From Tubiluchus corallicola (taxonomy: Eukaryota; Animalia; Priapulida): a stretch of 64,000 nt of DNA. The stretch is taken from positions 1,275,804 to 1,339,803 of the forward strand of contig JAQGDQ010000018.1 in NCBI GenBank assembly GCA_030141605.1. Reading direction: 5' to 3'. Position numbers and translations under genes: made by a program. The notes under the pieces were generated by a model. It saw only the letters and a program-made list of their open reading frames with translations, had not been told where the DNA came from and searched no databases. Positions 1 to 39,500 of this stretch are shown in pieces (the first letter of the stretch is position 1; the number at the start of each line of letters is the position of its first letter).

Positions 1-3000
1 TTATAGTCGGATGCTTTGTATTGAAAGAGCAAATAGACTGAAGGGCTACTTGTTCACGCTGTTTGCGATTAGTAATGTTTATATTACGTGGCTGTTTTTT
101 TGCGTTGGCTTACATTAAAGTTATAATATATTGGTAACCAATACACAACTATTATTAAAATTCGTAAACTTAGTCATCGGCATAATTATCCTCGTTTGAA
201 GTTAACTTGTGTGTGCCCTAACAGGTAACAGCCTAAAAAGCGTGTAGTTTTTTTTTGCATAAATGTATTGTAATCGAGCTTGAGTTCATTACTACATAAT
301 GTAGTAATTCTTTTGCAGGTGCATGAAAATTTTTGTACGGTAGCGTTTAGCTGTTCTGTCTGTTTTTGTTACGTCATTTATCGTCCAGTACATCATTAGC
401 AAAACGTTAAAGGAAAACAGGATGATTTTTCATATGTTACCCCATTTTCAAGTCCGATAAAAACACGATTAATTTTGCAAAAGCGTTTCTGATAATTAAA
501 TAATAAGAGTAAAAACTTAACTGGCGGCGGGCGAGCCCTACTATTGATGACATCACAAACTAACATAATTTTCAACAGCAAAAATATTCTACGAGCGTGT
601 TGCACGTATTTTGCGAAAGCGAAAGTTGAAGTACAGTCCTGCTGTAAGATATTTAGTGTGTTGTACTAAAACTAGCCATGTTGTAAGATATAAAATTCAA
701 ATTTCAAATTTTCCGCTGTGTTCGCGCTTCCGAAATGCAGGCGCTAGTGCCCGTCTAACTAGCGAATGGCGAAATGCATGTACAGTAGGGAAGAATTAGT
801 GGCGCGAATGCGAAATTGTATTTGTGTGGTAATAATTCTTTCATTTTTGAAAAAATAGTGTGTTCCCTTTTAATATTTTAAAGAGTATATTGTTTTGACT
901 TACAGTTTAAGATTGGGTCCAGTTTAGCTTTAACTTTTGAGGCTAGTGATTATATGATATGTGTGTGCGTCACCTTGTAGTCATGCTGCTGTTATCTCAT
1001 TTAATACTAACTATAACCCAAACCACAGAGCAATCTTAAATGATACTTGAAACAACTTTGTCGTTTTCGTTTTTCAACATCTTTTGGGCGCTGTTGTATC
1101 TGAAGATTCTACAGACTAAAAATCGATCTGAAAGCTATATGCCAAAAAGTCAAGCCTCACATGATAACCACAAGCATAAAACTCACGCGTCCATCCACTT
1201 TGTCATGGTTTGTCCCGCCTAAGTCAAATACACGGAGATGTACTTGCTCAACATTTCAGTTTAATATTACTAGCTCTTGCCATTAAGGATTTATTGACTT
1301 TATTAGTCCAGTCTCCAAGGAAACTAGTTTTATAGTTTTTTTCATAGACCTGCTTTTATTTGGAACATCCGGTTGTTGTCGTGTTTTTCCTTTAATGCAT
1401 ATTTGTAGGCTTGCATCTTAATTCTGTTGACTGCTTATCCAACATTTTGTTACTTGTAGTTAAGTGAGCATTAGGGAACATGGGGGACACCTTGGCAAAA
1501 TCAGAGTTAATGTACGTTTTCATGCAGTTTTCTTAGTAAGACTGAACTAGCAGGGGGGTGAGCTTTGAAACGAATAAACAAGCAAATGGGAGACTAACAT
1601 GCAGTGAAATTTTCAAATTCGTGTGCATGCGTGTATTCTTGACAGTGTCAATTATGTATTTTGTTTGATGCGTTAATGTTCGTTGCTTTTAAAGTTTTAA
1701 AAGCAAGTTGATGACACTAAGCAGTTCACTAACACAAGTAAAATGGCGCAACTAAACATTACTTTCTTTCATTCAGTCTTTTGGTTAAATAATTTTCTCT
1801 TTCTGTGATTTACAAACATGCATTGTTTGCTAGCGGCTTAATGAGGGTTAAATTCGTGAACAAATACGGCGTATTTGAAAATAGCCTTTTTTGTGTCTGG
1901 TTAATACAAACATGTTGTTCTGTGCTCTATGGGAATTAACGTGTCGGTAAACTCTATAGCAATTATTTTTGAAGGAATTCGCGTGATTATGTCTGCCATA
2001 ATTATGTTTAAACACTTAACACATGCATACAAAAATAAATGTTTGTTATTTCTACTTATGACTTTTCAAATGTACATTAACTTCTGCTTATTGTTATGCG
2101 AACCTCATTTTATTGCAATTTTATTGCATTTACAGTCGCATGAAGTGAATGTTGAACGGAGCTATTTGAGAGAAAGCGCACACATTACAATCGTGTTAAT
2201 TGTTAAGTCGCCATTCAGTTCATGATATTCAAATGTCATATTTACATTGGAACTTGGTTCACAATTTAGCTCATTGCGAAATAGCTATAATCAAAACAAT
2301 ACCAACTTTATTTATAACTAAGCAATATTGCTAGAATTATATTCAAGCATATATTTCCAACAAATTAATTTATAACAATTTGTGCTGTTTAGATGTAAAG
2401 GAAATATACAGGTGGCCCCTTTGCTTCATATTGACTAGTTCAACAGGATATAGAGATCTGGAAACATACCATTATGAAACATTCTGGTAATTTACTTAGC
2501 TTAATTGCACACATTAGTGTTTTTAGTCCGGAACAAAGTTTTGGTAACACCATTCGCAGCTGCTGGTTCATTTATCTTGTGCTTGTCTTTGTGAACGGTC
2601 TAGATTTTTTCAGGCTAGTTTTTAACTGTTTCAAAATGTGTTCGGAATAGTTAATAAGTTTTGTAATTTATATGTAAAAAATGGGATGTGTGCCATGCTT
2701 ACTTGAGTGGCGATTGTGTAATAAATTTTGTTATGAAGGTGTTATTGACCAACTCTCTGTTCTTTACATGGTGAGTATTACCGCTGTAGACCAAAGTGAG
2801 ACTGTTTATGTACTTTATTTTGCAGGTAAAAATTCGCCTCTGTCTCGGCCTCGATTTGCCATCTGCTTTACTATTAATTATAAGTATTATTATTACGGCT
2901 ATAGCCGTAATAGCTATTTAAGACATAAATGCGTGTTTTGCTGAATATTTATTGCTAGTATAGTTACCCAAAGGCTTTACTTTTATGACATTACTTTCGT

Positions 3001-4619
3001 TTTATTTGGCAGCCAATAGATGGCAGTGCGATGCCTGGCTTCATGTTGTGCCTACAGATACGGTTGTGCCGAATAATTGTTAACAGACAAGTTTTAGTTG
3101 TTTGACTATCGCCCTAAGAATATATTTACTTCTAAATTTAAGTTTACACTGTTGATTTAGGCAGAATAGATTATACAGTTATATTGTCTGTCCTGGAATG
3201 CTTTTCGATCCGAATTAGTTGTACATCTAACGCTTGTGTTAGCTGCCTAATTCATGAATTTTAAACAAGTGGAAGAGAATGTAAGATCGTTTCCAACAAA
3301 TCTTAGTGAAAAAGATCTAGTCTGAAATTAAAATGACTAAATGACCTGTTTTAACTTCCTCTCTTTTTAAATTCGTATTCTTTTAATGTTGCTCGACATA
3401 TTACACGACTCCCTCGTACGAATCATTGTTATTGCCTGTAGACATCTGAAATTTTTGTTTTAGGAAACGGTTATTTTATTTTTTAAAATTTGTTGTGATT
3501 TTTAAATGAGCCTTTGGAAAACTTGAAATCCAAAAAGTTTTAATCTTCCTATACGTAATAATAACAATGACAGGAAAGGCGGCGATCGTTGTTACCAATT
3601 TTTTTTAAGTTTATAGGACGCCGAGTTTTTGTTTTCAATGAACGAATTTCAATAGCTTCGTTTCGTGAATTTAAGCATGTTGCTGATCTCTTTTTAACGT
3701 GGACTTAACTTGGATGTATTTCGGTAAATCATTCCCGGGTTCGTGCGGTCTTTTTCGCGTTTCTTAACTGCTGTCAGTGAGCACTATGAGTCTTTTCTTG
3801 TTAACTGTCGCCTTTTATTATGTGTAGTTAAGCGCTCTATTGTGCGATTCGCCAATACACCTATTATCCATCAGCTTCCCGATGCTACCTGGTTGCTAGC
3901 TTGATGTGCTGTACCTCTCGCGGAGTGCCGCAGCTGCTGTAACAGCAGTACCACATCATTATTATACCTTGTTGGCGTATGCAAGACGGCATTACCGTAA
4001 CGATGCTGGTTTCGCGTGGAATGAACACAGTGATTGGAGATCCACCTGCTGAAGATCTCTTGCGGATTATGTCTCAGTGTTGTGGAACTAATGACGGATG
4101 ATTACAGAAACTAGTAACTAAGTAACTGTCGTGAATGGGCAGGGCAGGAATATGCTCAGACATAGATATATCTATTTGTACAATGTTCTAGAGTTTTCAC
4201 GTTGATTCATATATTATCGTAGTATTGTTTAGAGTGTTGGCATTTAATAAAGTCCACGTCAATTCATTATCGCAGTGGTGTGGAATCTCCACGTATTTGG
4301 TGTGCATACGTATTTATAATAAATACTAATTAGGATGTCAGACACGTCGTATTGCGCGGATTGGAGTATAATTGCACTTAAATGGGAACCATTTTCCCGC
4401 TTCACTGAATTCTGAACAACACGATGGTAGTTTAATTTAAAGTATCTGAGTACAGCAAGTTTGTGTATTGCGAACACACAAGAATTTGTTAGTATATAAA
4501 CATCTTGTGTGCCATTTGCCTGTTATATGTATTTGTGCTCATGAACACCAGGCAACCGGGTCGCATATAGGGTAAATATACATGTTTGACAAGTAGCCAT
4601 ATTTGATAAGCAGGGAGAA

Positions 4620-29977
<25,358 letters not shown>

Positions 29978-31649
29978 TGCGAGCAGTACATTTGCTATGT
30001 AACTAGGCTTTAATATTTGTTCCAGTTTGTAAATAGCTGCTGTTAAGTTTACAAATGTTGCTGTATTATACTTGATTTGTACAAAGCTTGTACAGAATTA
30101 GTAGACCACGTTGATTTTATCATCCCAAGCTTTTAAGTCGTAATATTTGCATTTTACTTCACTTGTGTTAAATTTAGAATATTAATTCATTTAGTTACTT
30201 TTTGTATTTTCTAATTGAAGATGTAGTTTATGTATGTTTTATGACATGGCTGGTTTTGTTCGGACTCTGCATTTTTTATATAAATCAGCATGATGTTGGG
30301 AGAACATATTGTTTTGAATATATTTTACTCACCTGTCAGATTTTACTTAGCTGCTGTACTGTCTTTATAGAGCTTTTAGAAATTGTAATATAATGCTGGT
30401 GCTATTTATACTTGCACGTCTGTTTAATATGAATAAAATTTCTGCAACACTTAACTGTATAAGCATTCAAATCATGGAGCAAGAAAATTTGCCTGACACG
30501 TTTTTTTAGAAATCTAAATGTTTCGTGTATAATTTGTGTGCGACAGTTTAATATGGAGGTTTGGAGTTCACATAAATTTGTGGCCTTATGAACGAACAAT
30601 ATTATTTTTGCGTATATTTTCTTACAAAGCGCAACTAACTAGTTTAAAGAGGACTCAAAATTTGTTCATGTTAGTGTATGAATGGCTACATAAAATTAAA
30701 AAGTCTTTGACATACTTCCAGTTAAAACAATTGTTGTTGACTGTCACTATCATTTAGTATTATTGTTCCACGGTTTCAAAGATAGGTTACAGTGCACATG
30801 CTATTTTGAAATCAGAAGCTTATGGGTTTGCCACTATTTAAGTATAGAAACTGGAATGTTATTTTTATGTCAAAATTATACTGTCCTGTTAATTTAAGCA
30901 TAGTTTGTGCAGCGGAGTGCACTAGTTGTATCTATGCACAAAATGATCTGTAACATAAGAGCTTTTGTAACATCCATGTTATTATTAAACAGTAATAGTT
31001 ATATTTATATAACCATGTTTTTTCTTTTAGCCACAGTTTTGTTCTTGCTGACAACATTTTATAATGCTATACTCATAAAACAAGGTACGAAAATTCACAT
31101 CTTGATAGCTTACTCACCAAAGATTTGTAATGTAGACGAAAAAAAACTGGGAAGCAAAATGAGCAACTGAATGGAAGCACAGTGAAGCTAAAAATATGAT
31201 TGCATAACAACTAATTGTGTAAGCCAAAGAAAAGATAAGCTAGTGAGTAGTGACGTCATCGATCCATTACTGTCTGGTTTCTCTGAACCAAATCAGCTCA
31301 AATAATTTTTAGCAAAAAGCTCTCTTGGAAAACAAACAAAAAATGAAGAGCAAAACAACGTAACAAAACTCGATAATTAATAAAACAATTTACAGTTAAA
31401 CATCTATTTAAACAACAGTGTAGCAACAATAAAATTTAATGTCAAAACTCGTTGTACATAACGATTGTCATTAATTTGTTTGCTCTATTAGGCATGGCTT
31501 CCCAGCTGTTGGTTGAATGCAGAAGTTGTGATAGAAAACAAGTTTAATGATGTACAGGGTCTATATCATCTTTTGTGTCTTTTACAAAATGAGCTGACAT
31601 TACCAGAATGTTTGGCAACAGTGGTTACTAATAGTACTCACAATAAAAT

Positions 31650-32545
31650 AAAATAATAAACTTGAAATATGTTTTAAATGAGATGCAGAAACATTGACAT
31701 ATTCAGATAAAGCAGTATCAGATGCAGTGCGGTTATATCTATAACATTAACTGAAACGCTAAATTTCATTGTGTAATCTACAAAAACCGAGACAAACTGA
31801 ATGTAATGCAGGGTTTATAATTAGTAATTTAAACTTATTCTCAAGTAGATTAAAAGTAAATTACTTTTACTTGGGAACTTAATAGTTTTTGTAGTACATA
31901 GTGTTTTTTGAAAGGCACTATAATGTTTTACCTAGTAAGAGTAATTTTACATGCATTGCAGAAAGTTAAAAAACTTTGGTCCCTTAGGCTTATGTGTTGG
32001 AGCTACACAACGATGTTAGGCTGCTTAACTCATTCTTCATAATCAAATAAAAAAATAAACTTGGAAAACGTTTTAAATGAGATGCGCGCACATTAAAATA
32101 TTCCAGATAAAAATATCCAAGCAAATCAATAGCAGATGCAGTGTGGTTATATATATATATAACATTTACTGATAATCTAAATTTCATTTTGCAATTTACA
32201 TAAAAAAGAGTCAAACCTGCTCACACATTACACTTCTTACTTATTACTTCTGAATTTAGTGCACGGCTTATAATTAATAATTCACACTTATTATTAAATA
32301 GATTAAAAGTAATCTACTTTTGCTTAGCAATTTAACAGTTTTTGTAGTACTTAGTGTTTTTGAAAGCACTATAACATTTTACCTAATAACAGTATATTTT
32401 ACAGTAAAACAGTAAAATTACAACATGAAATTTAGATTTTTAGTAAATGTTATAGATATAACCACACTGCATCTGATAGTGCATTACTTGGATATTTTTA
32501 TCTGGAATATTTCAATGTGTGTACATCTCATTTAAAATATTTTTC
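31650..32545. repeat. Diverged direct duplication plus inverted copy (foldback) between the RIPOR and BDP1 3' ends
   Basis: 31654-31951 resembles 32054-32403 (shared TTTTAAATGAGATGC, CAGATGCAGTGYGGTTATAT, AGATTAAAAGTAA, GTTTTTGTAGTAC). 32424-32543 is the reverse complement of about 32069-32190. Confidence 0.88.
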
Positions 32546-33558
32546 ACTATAAAACTGTAGGCCTAATGCAAAGACAGAAAAATCAAACAATGTACAGGTT
32601 ACAGTACAATACCATTTAAATTTTTTAGAGATAATTAATTATGGCTGTGTAAAAGATCTATCTAATTTTAGGTAAATCTATTATTTTAATACAATTTTTT
32701 TAATGTTTGTACATAGTGATTGAATTTACTGCAAAAAATGATGTAATGCCATGGCAACGAGAAAGTTAGCATATATGGCATTTAATTTTATCTGAAATTG
32801 AGTACTGCATAAAATTTGATACACATAAAGTCGTAAACAGCAAAAATAGTGAGGTATGTTTGAGGCAGGCTTAGAAAACCACCATGCCCAACATACATGC
32901 ACATTAAACGAGAAAGTACCAGTTTCAACACAGTGGCCAACAATTTAAATAATAGTTTGAACATTTTACTCATTTTGCCAGTATCTTATAGGATCGTTGC
33001 TAGCTCATATATTTAACAAATATACACATGTTTTTTTGTCACATTCGGATGAATACATTCACAAATGTGTGAATATACCTTTACAATGAATAGTGCTACT
33101 TCTGTCACAGAATTTTTTCACATGTGAAAAATTACACTTAATGTAGAGTCTCTTTTTTAAATACATCTTAATATAAATACTATTAATAAATAAATTACAG
33201 ATAATAAAAAATAATTGTAGATTTAAGTGCAAAAAGGTGCTTGGATAGTGTACAGTTGCAAGTTGAAAATAAAGAAAGGCAGACTCTAACTAATGTCACT
33301 GCAACCTTGCAACAATTTTTACATAAAAATGTATGACATGAATATTGCAACAATACAAAATATAACTTTTGGCTGTTCTGTTAAAAATTACTAAACATTG
33401 TATACTAACATGTAAAGTTGACATGTTCTAATGGTGGGCTTACTAAACACAGAAACGGTATTTAAGCCTTAAAACTTATTTAAGCAATTCTTCAATGTAC
33501 AGAATGCAATTTGTACGTTAAGACATTTTCAATCAGATATTGAAGCCTTGCAAAAAAT

Positions 33559-36500
33559 TTAGTTTACCGATACTTCGCTAGCTATTACTTCTTCGCTGAC
33601 TACTTGCAATTCCGATCCATCCAGGATAGATTGCGCTGAGATCTGTTGATCTACTGCGGCACTGCGCCCCATAATTTCTTGCTGGTTAACCACATTTGTT
33701 GAGAAATATTCACCGAATGTAATATCTGAATTTGACAGCAGTTGTAAATTTGGAGTTCCAGGAACTACAAAATAAAAGTACCATTTTAGTCAATAAAGAA
33801 TTCTAGCACAAGTTTTCAAGGTGTACATGATAACTTTACGCATAACTAAAAAAGTTACAATTATATGATAACATAGAAAAAATAGGTGGCAACAGGAAAA
33901 ATGCACAAACCTCGCGAATCTTTTCTCAGAAAAGTTTGCAATGAATGTTGATGATTTTGTAGCTGCGCTGTTTCCAATAAAGTTGACCCTAAAGCTGGCA
34001 GCTTAGCTGGAGAAGTGCCGTGAAGTGGAGTGGTGATTTGCTGAACATCTGGTGAACTGGCAGTCTGCAGTCTTGGAGAAGTAGCAACGTTTGGCAACTT
34101 CTCTGTAGATATTGTGGATTTTTGCTGGACTGGTGGAGGCGACACCATATAAACATGAATTACCTGAAATAAGAATATAATTAAACAAATAACATTTTAC
34201 ATGACAACTTCATAAAGAAAATTTACACGATTTCTAAGGACACACACTATGCAAAATCTGTCTGAATCAGATTTTTATTAGCCTGCAGCCTCGATAAATG
34301 CCAATTCACAAATTTTGTAAGACACAAATTTTCATTAAGCAAACTTAAATTTCTGTGTACTGACAAACTCGTCCTGCTTGATGCAACAAACTGCATCAGA
34401 CAAAATCAAATCAGATCAGTGAAAACAACAATTCTGTCATGTGTCGTTTGGTACATGTTTGTATTACTTTGTCTGACACAAATTATTTTATACAAAAGCT
34501 ATAGTGCACGGGAAAATTTTGTTTGCTAAAATTTGATTCCGACTATTTTGTTGCAGGGAGAATTTTTACAGTGTGCAACTAGCATTAATATGCAGTTTTC
34601 TCTCTGGCTCTGGACCAGTTCAGCAATCATAAAACAGAACAACATTAACACAAAATTGTAACTTGTATAAGTTTGGGAAGAGTTTAAATTGCTTTACTGC
34701 AAATTATAAATTACAATGACCTTAAACAGTGAAATTTGATGAAAAGGCACATAATGCAATAAACAGTTAATTTATTTTGAACTTTTGTCAAAGGTGTGTT
34801 TCCAAACAAAGAAGTAAAAGGCCGTAAAGGCATAGACAAATATATACTGGTGCTACACAAATAAATGGAAGTATGTTAAAACTAATTAAATTTGGCAGAT
34901 GACTAAAATGAGCAGCTACAAAATTCGGTTACATCTAAGTTCTAACCTAACATCATGTGAATGATATAGCCTCACTTTATCAGCATATCTCCATTTTAAA
35001 CACTACAAATGGATGATTATAGAATGCTTTTTATTAAGGATGCTATCGAGCAATCATAATAAATTATGTTTGTTGACAATTATTACTGTAGTTTACAGCA
35101 GCAAAAATAAGCCTAACATAATAAATCAAACTTCATGAATTTGGAAATAAAACTGCATCTCAATCAACAAATCATCCATTGGTTTGTCATAGCAAGGGAA
35201 TTTCTTAGAGAACAAGAAAACATTCTTCATAAATAAAGCTTAAAAATTGGTCTTGAAATTTTATGTCACTTACATGCTGTCTTACTGCTTACAGGGCTTC
35301 TATTAGCAGTAATGCTGAACAGAACTTGTAAATTTAAGCTCCTGTGATGACTGTTAGGCACAGTCATTTTAATTGTAAGTCACTCGAAACAAGTTTAGAT
35401 AACATTGTGTAAAATTTTTAAAAACAATCAGAGCATTTGTTGCACACACTTCACTAATATAAAACAGTAATTCATACTTGTATGGCGCTGGCAATGCAGG
35501 TGGTTCAAATATTTTAAGTTGTTAAGAATTTTGTTTCCAATTATGTAAGTCTTTTAACAAGTAAGGGTAATGCTAAGTAATGTAACTCTGTATGGAAAGT
35601 ACTTTGGGATATGTTTTAAAATTTTCTTTTCTTCCCCTTTAAGGAAATATAGTTTTTGCTAGTTTCTGAGCAAAAATGACTAGCAAGTTCATGTAATTTA
35701 GTAACAAGATCAGTAGTCACTTAAAGGAAAACCGGACGATTGTGTAGACATAAGTTCAGAATAAAGAATGCTCTAAAATATTGAAAACTACAACAACCTT
35801 TTTTAAATCAAAGCTTAGATCTTAGATTAAATAATAGATTAAATAATAATTACCTCGGATACTCAAATTTTGTTAAACATTCAAAGCTACCCGCGGCTAA
35901 GTGAATCTACTGCGATTGGTAACAGTGTCTTTTTGTCACATTCGCGTGGCCGACAAATAGAAGGCGGTACCGTGATAACCATGATCATGAACTGCAGTGT
36001 TAGTTTCTGACGTCATAACATGTAGAGCCCATTTTCGCAACATCACGCATTCAAACAGTAACACTTACGCAAACGTGCTTGACGTGCAACCATTGCACAA
36101 ACTGTGGTCAGTTTTAGACGTAAGCAATATCTGTGTTCGGTTACCGTTAATGAACTTTCATATTATTTTCCTCTTAATAATACACAAAGACTAATAATTA
36201 AAGCAAATTATGGTACCTGAGATTTTGGATCAGCTGACTGGCCTCTTACAAACACAAGATTGCCAGGAGAACCCAAAGGCGAAGTGACTGGGCTCTGTGG
36301 GTCGGATGCCACTGGCGACTGCTTCTTTTTCAATACTCTAGGTTTTCTTTGTAGGATGTTCACATTTGTGTGCAGCCGAGATGCTTGATTACTTGACACT
36401 TGTTTTACACCTGTCTGTAACTGATTACTTGGTGCTTGCATCACATCCATATGTGACTGCGAAGCTTGACTATGTGGCGTTTGTGCAACACCTATGTACT

Positions 36501-39500
36501 GCAATGCTGACGCTTGATTACTTGGTGCCTGTACCACACCCAAGTGTGCTCGAGAAACTTGATTGCTTGGAGCCTGTCTTCTTTTGAAAGAATTGGCATG
36601 AACCAGAACAGTAGGGCGGGTATTTGTAGTAAATGCTGGCTTTGGAAGAGAAATGTCTTTATTACTCTGCTGTTTTATTAATCTATTGCTTCCAAGGACC
36701 TGTACACCCCGGCGACGTCCCCTTTTATTCTTGACAAATATTGGATTGTACACTGAGACTCGCTTAGGCTGCCGGCCTGCTCTAGTTGTTTGCTTGCACA
36801 TATTGTCTAAAATCTCATCTTCATCAATGCTTCCCTCTTCATTTGCGACACATTTGCCTGGTTTTCTTTCAAATGCATCAGCTTCTACAGCATCCACATC
36901 AAGATCGCTATGTCCGCTGGTGCTCTCCCCACTGGGATGCTTCCCTAAAATGCAAATAAAAAAGCTAAAATTGGCTTGCTTTTGAAATAAACCATCATTG
37001 CTAAAACATAAAAGTATAACAGAACTTTATTGCCCTTATCAAACTAAAGAAATTGTATGTGCACGTACTTAAAAATCCAGTAAAAATTAACAGTGATGTT
37101 GCATTATCTAAAGTTTGTCTTGATAAAGTTGCAAAATTGCTTTTACTTTATCCTAAGAGAAACATGGACAGAAATAGCATAGTATTATTTTACACAGTTC
37201 AGCAAGTCAAAAGTAGGGCTTATTTAATGAAGATGGTGGCGGTGAGATAAGTAATAGCTTATTACCAACTCAGTCTTCTCAGTAGGGCATAGAAGCACAA
37301 AAATGTCACCTGGCATCTGGTGTCTCAGCTACATTAAGGTGTTCCTACATCTTTCCTCAAAAAGGAAATACTCGGAAGCAGTACGGCAGACATATCTACC
37401 AGAAGCAAATTTTCTTGCAGTGACCAATTCATTTACTGGCCAAACTCAGATTCGGTTGACTTGTTGTTAAACACAAACAATGCAGCTATTTCTCACACTG
37501 TGAGTATACCATTGCACACAAGAAGAACAGCTGTGTATGCATGGTAAGAGAGATTCTTATTTTATGCTGAGTTGCAAGTTTGAATGAAAAAACAAAGGGA
37601 ATGTAAGATTTGTCAACATACGTTTTCTCGTTTTGGTTGCTATATTTTTCCTTGTTGTTTTTGCTTCAATCTGCTTTGTTTCTTTCTTAGTTGTTTTTCT
37701 GGTTTGACGGAGACTTTTCTTTTCAGTTTCAACCTCTGACTCAGATGACTCGAAGGTAGACAAGTCAAACATTTTTCTTTCGCCTAGAATGTAAATTTTA
37801 ACAAATGGAAATAAAATATTATAAATCTGCAATAATAATTTTATTAAATTAATAAACAGTTAGTAAAAAAATCCCACTTTTTCTTTTTGCAACAATGTAA
37901 GTAAATTAAAATTGGAGTATTTTGATTACACCAACTACTGAAAATATTATTTTGCTTTTTTTACTATTACACACTGAGTTACCACAATAAGTTAATAGCA
38001 ACAGATTAGCAATGATAAACTTACGTATTGCTTTATCAACAAGTGCTTTATTGACCCGTTCCTCTTTCTTGAATTTGTTCTGAAATCAGTGTTTAAATTT
38101 AACAGAGTTTGCATAAAACTATTGAAATATTATTTGATTGGAATTAGATTTGCTTAATACAGAAAAAAATAAAAAATACGATATACACAAAAAATCAAAA
38201 TCATGAAATGTGTTTTTAAAACTAATTGTCATGTACAAACAGCATAGTATACATAGTTTATTAGATCCACTATTACACACTGTTTTCTATTGAAGTTAAA
38301 AATTGATCTTGAACGTTTAATATCGTTAGTTGAAGTATTCCATAATCTTGGTCCAGTGCTGTCAATGAAGTGTTTTGCCATGTCTGTCCTGCAAGAATTT
38401 ATTCTGGATTATTTTGGTCTTACTGCACAGAGCTTAAAGATACAGGTTTTATAAAATATGTATGTCAAATTTTGCATTGTCAAACATTGACTTTATGACA
38501 ATGCATGATAATGGAGCATATATTTGAAGTCAAATGATTATGCATGCAGTCCATTGTGACACATCGGAAGACACACAAAAAATGGAAGAGAAAAGACATA
38601 AAGATAAAAGTTGTGATACAATTAACATTGGCAAATGTGATGGACCATTAAGCATTAACTGCTTTCATGCTGTTTGAAACATGCTGTAACTCAGCAGTAC
38701 GTCTGCAGTGCTACTTAAGTATATTATCTATGAATACACAGATTATGAATTATATCTATGAATATAAACTGAACGCTCTCTACAAAACAGATACATTCAA
38801 CAGTGAGTAAAAATTTAACTGGTTGTACTGGTAGTGGCATTATACATTTAAAGGTATACGAAAATTATACCTTTAACTCCACACGCTTTCTATGGGGAAA
38901 CAAAGAACCCATCATAGAGAAATCTGTTCCTACTGTACTCAGTGCTTTGTAAAACTTAGCAGTTTCTAAAAAATTGAAAACATGAAAAATTGCAGAAAAA
39001 TAAAATTATAAAGCAATATATCTGTAACAATTAAAACAGTAAAAATAATCTTCAGATGGTGAATAAACAGTTGACTTTATACCTTTAGCAGTCCAGACTT
39101 TGGAACAAGTACGTTTAGAATAGCTTCCATATGTAGTGTAGGTATTCTTAGCATCTTCATAAACGACTTCAGTTGCACTTTCTGGTAATTTCTTTGGCGA
39201 TACATCAATAATCAAACTAAGCACATGTTAAAGGTATCAGTTAACACAAATTTTATAAAAAAGCTATGTACTTCTCAATATCTTATGATAGCATGTATGA
39301 TAATTATATTTTTGTTGATTTGAAGACTTTGTGTATACCAGTAGTCAAATATAAAGCAAATTCTTTCATTTCTGTTATTATTAAAAGTAATTTAGAAAGT
39401 ACATTGCTAGGAAACAAGGAGAACAAATGCAATTCTACTTATGCTTAGTTTCATAGTAACAAAACCAAATGCAAGGGCGGATTTTGGTTTCGCTCAGCTT

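Noticed and set aside
2393-2487. AG...GT-bounded exon-like segment with an open frame
   Set aside because: No recognisable homology or partner exon; it may be a UTR exon but cannot be supported.
30202-31170. Several 60-90 aa hydrophobic ORFs after the RIPOR stop
   Set aside because: AT-rich 3'UTR/intergenic composition, mostly non-ATG starts and no motifs.
36366-36985. Plus-strand ORFs of 73 and 110 aa
   Set aside because: Antisense shadows of the large BDP1 exon.
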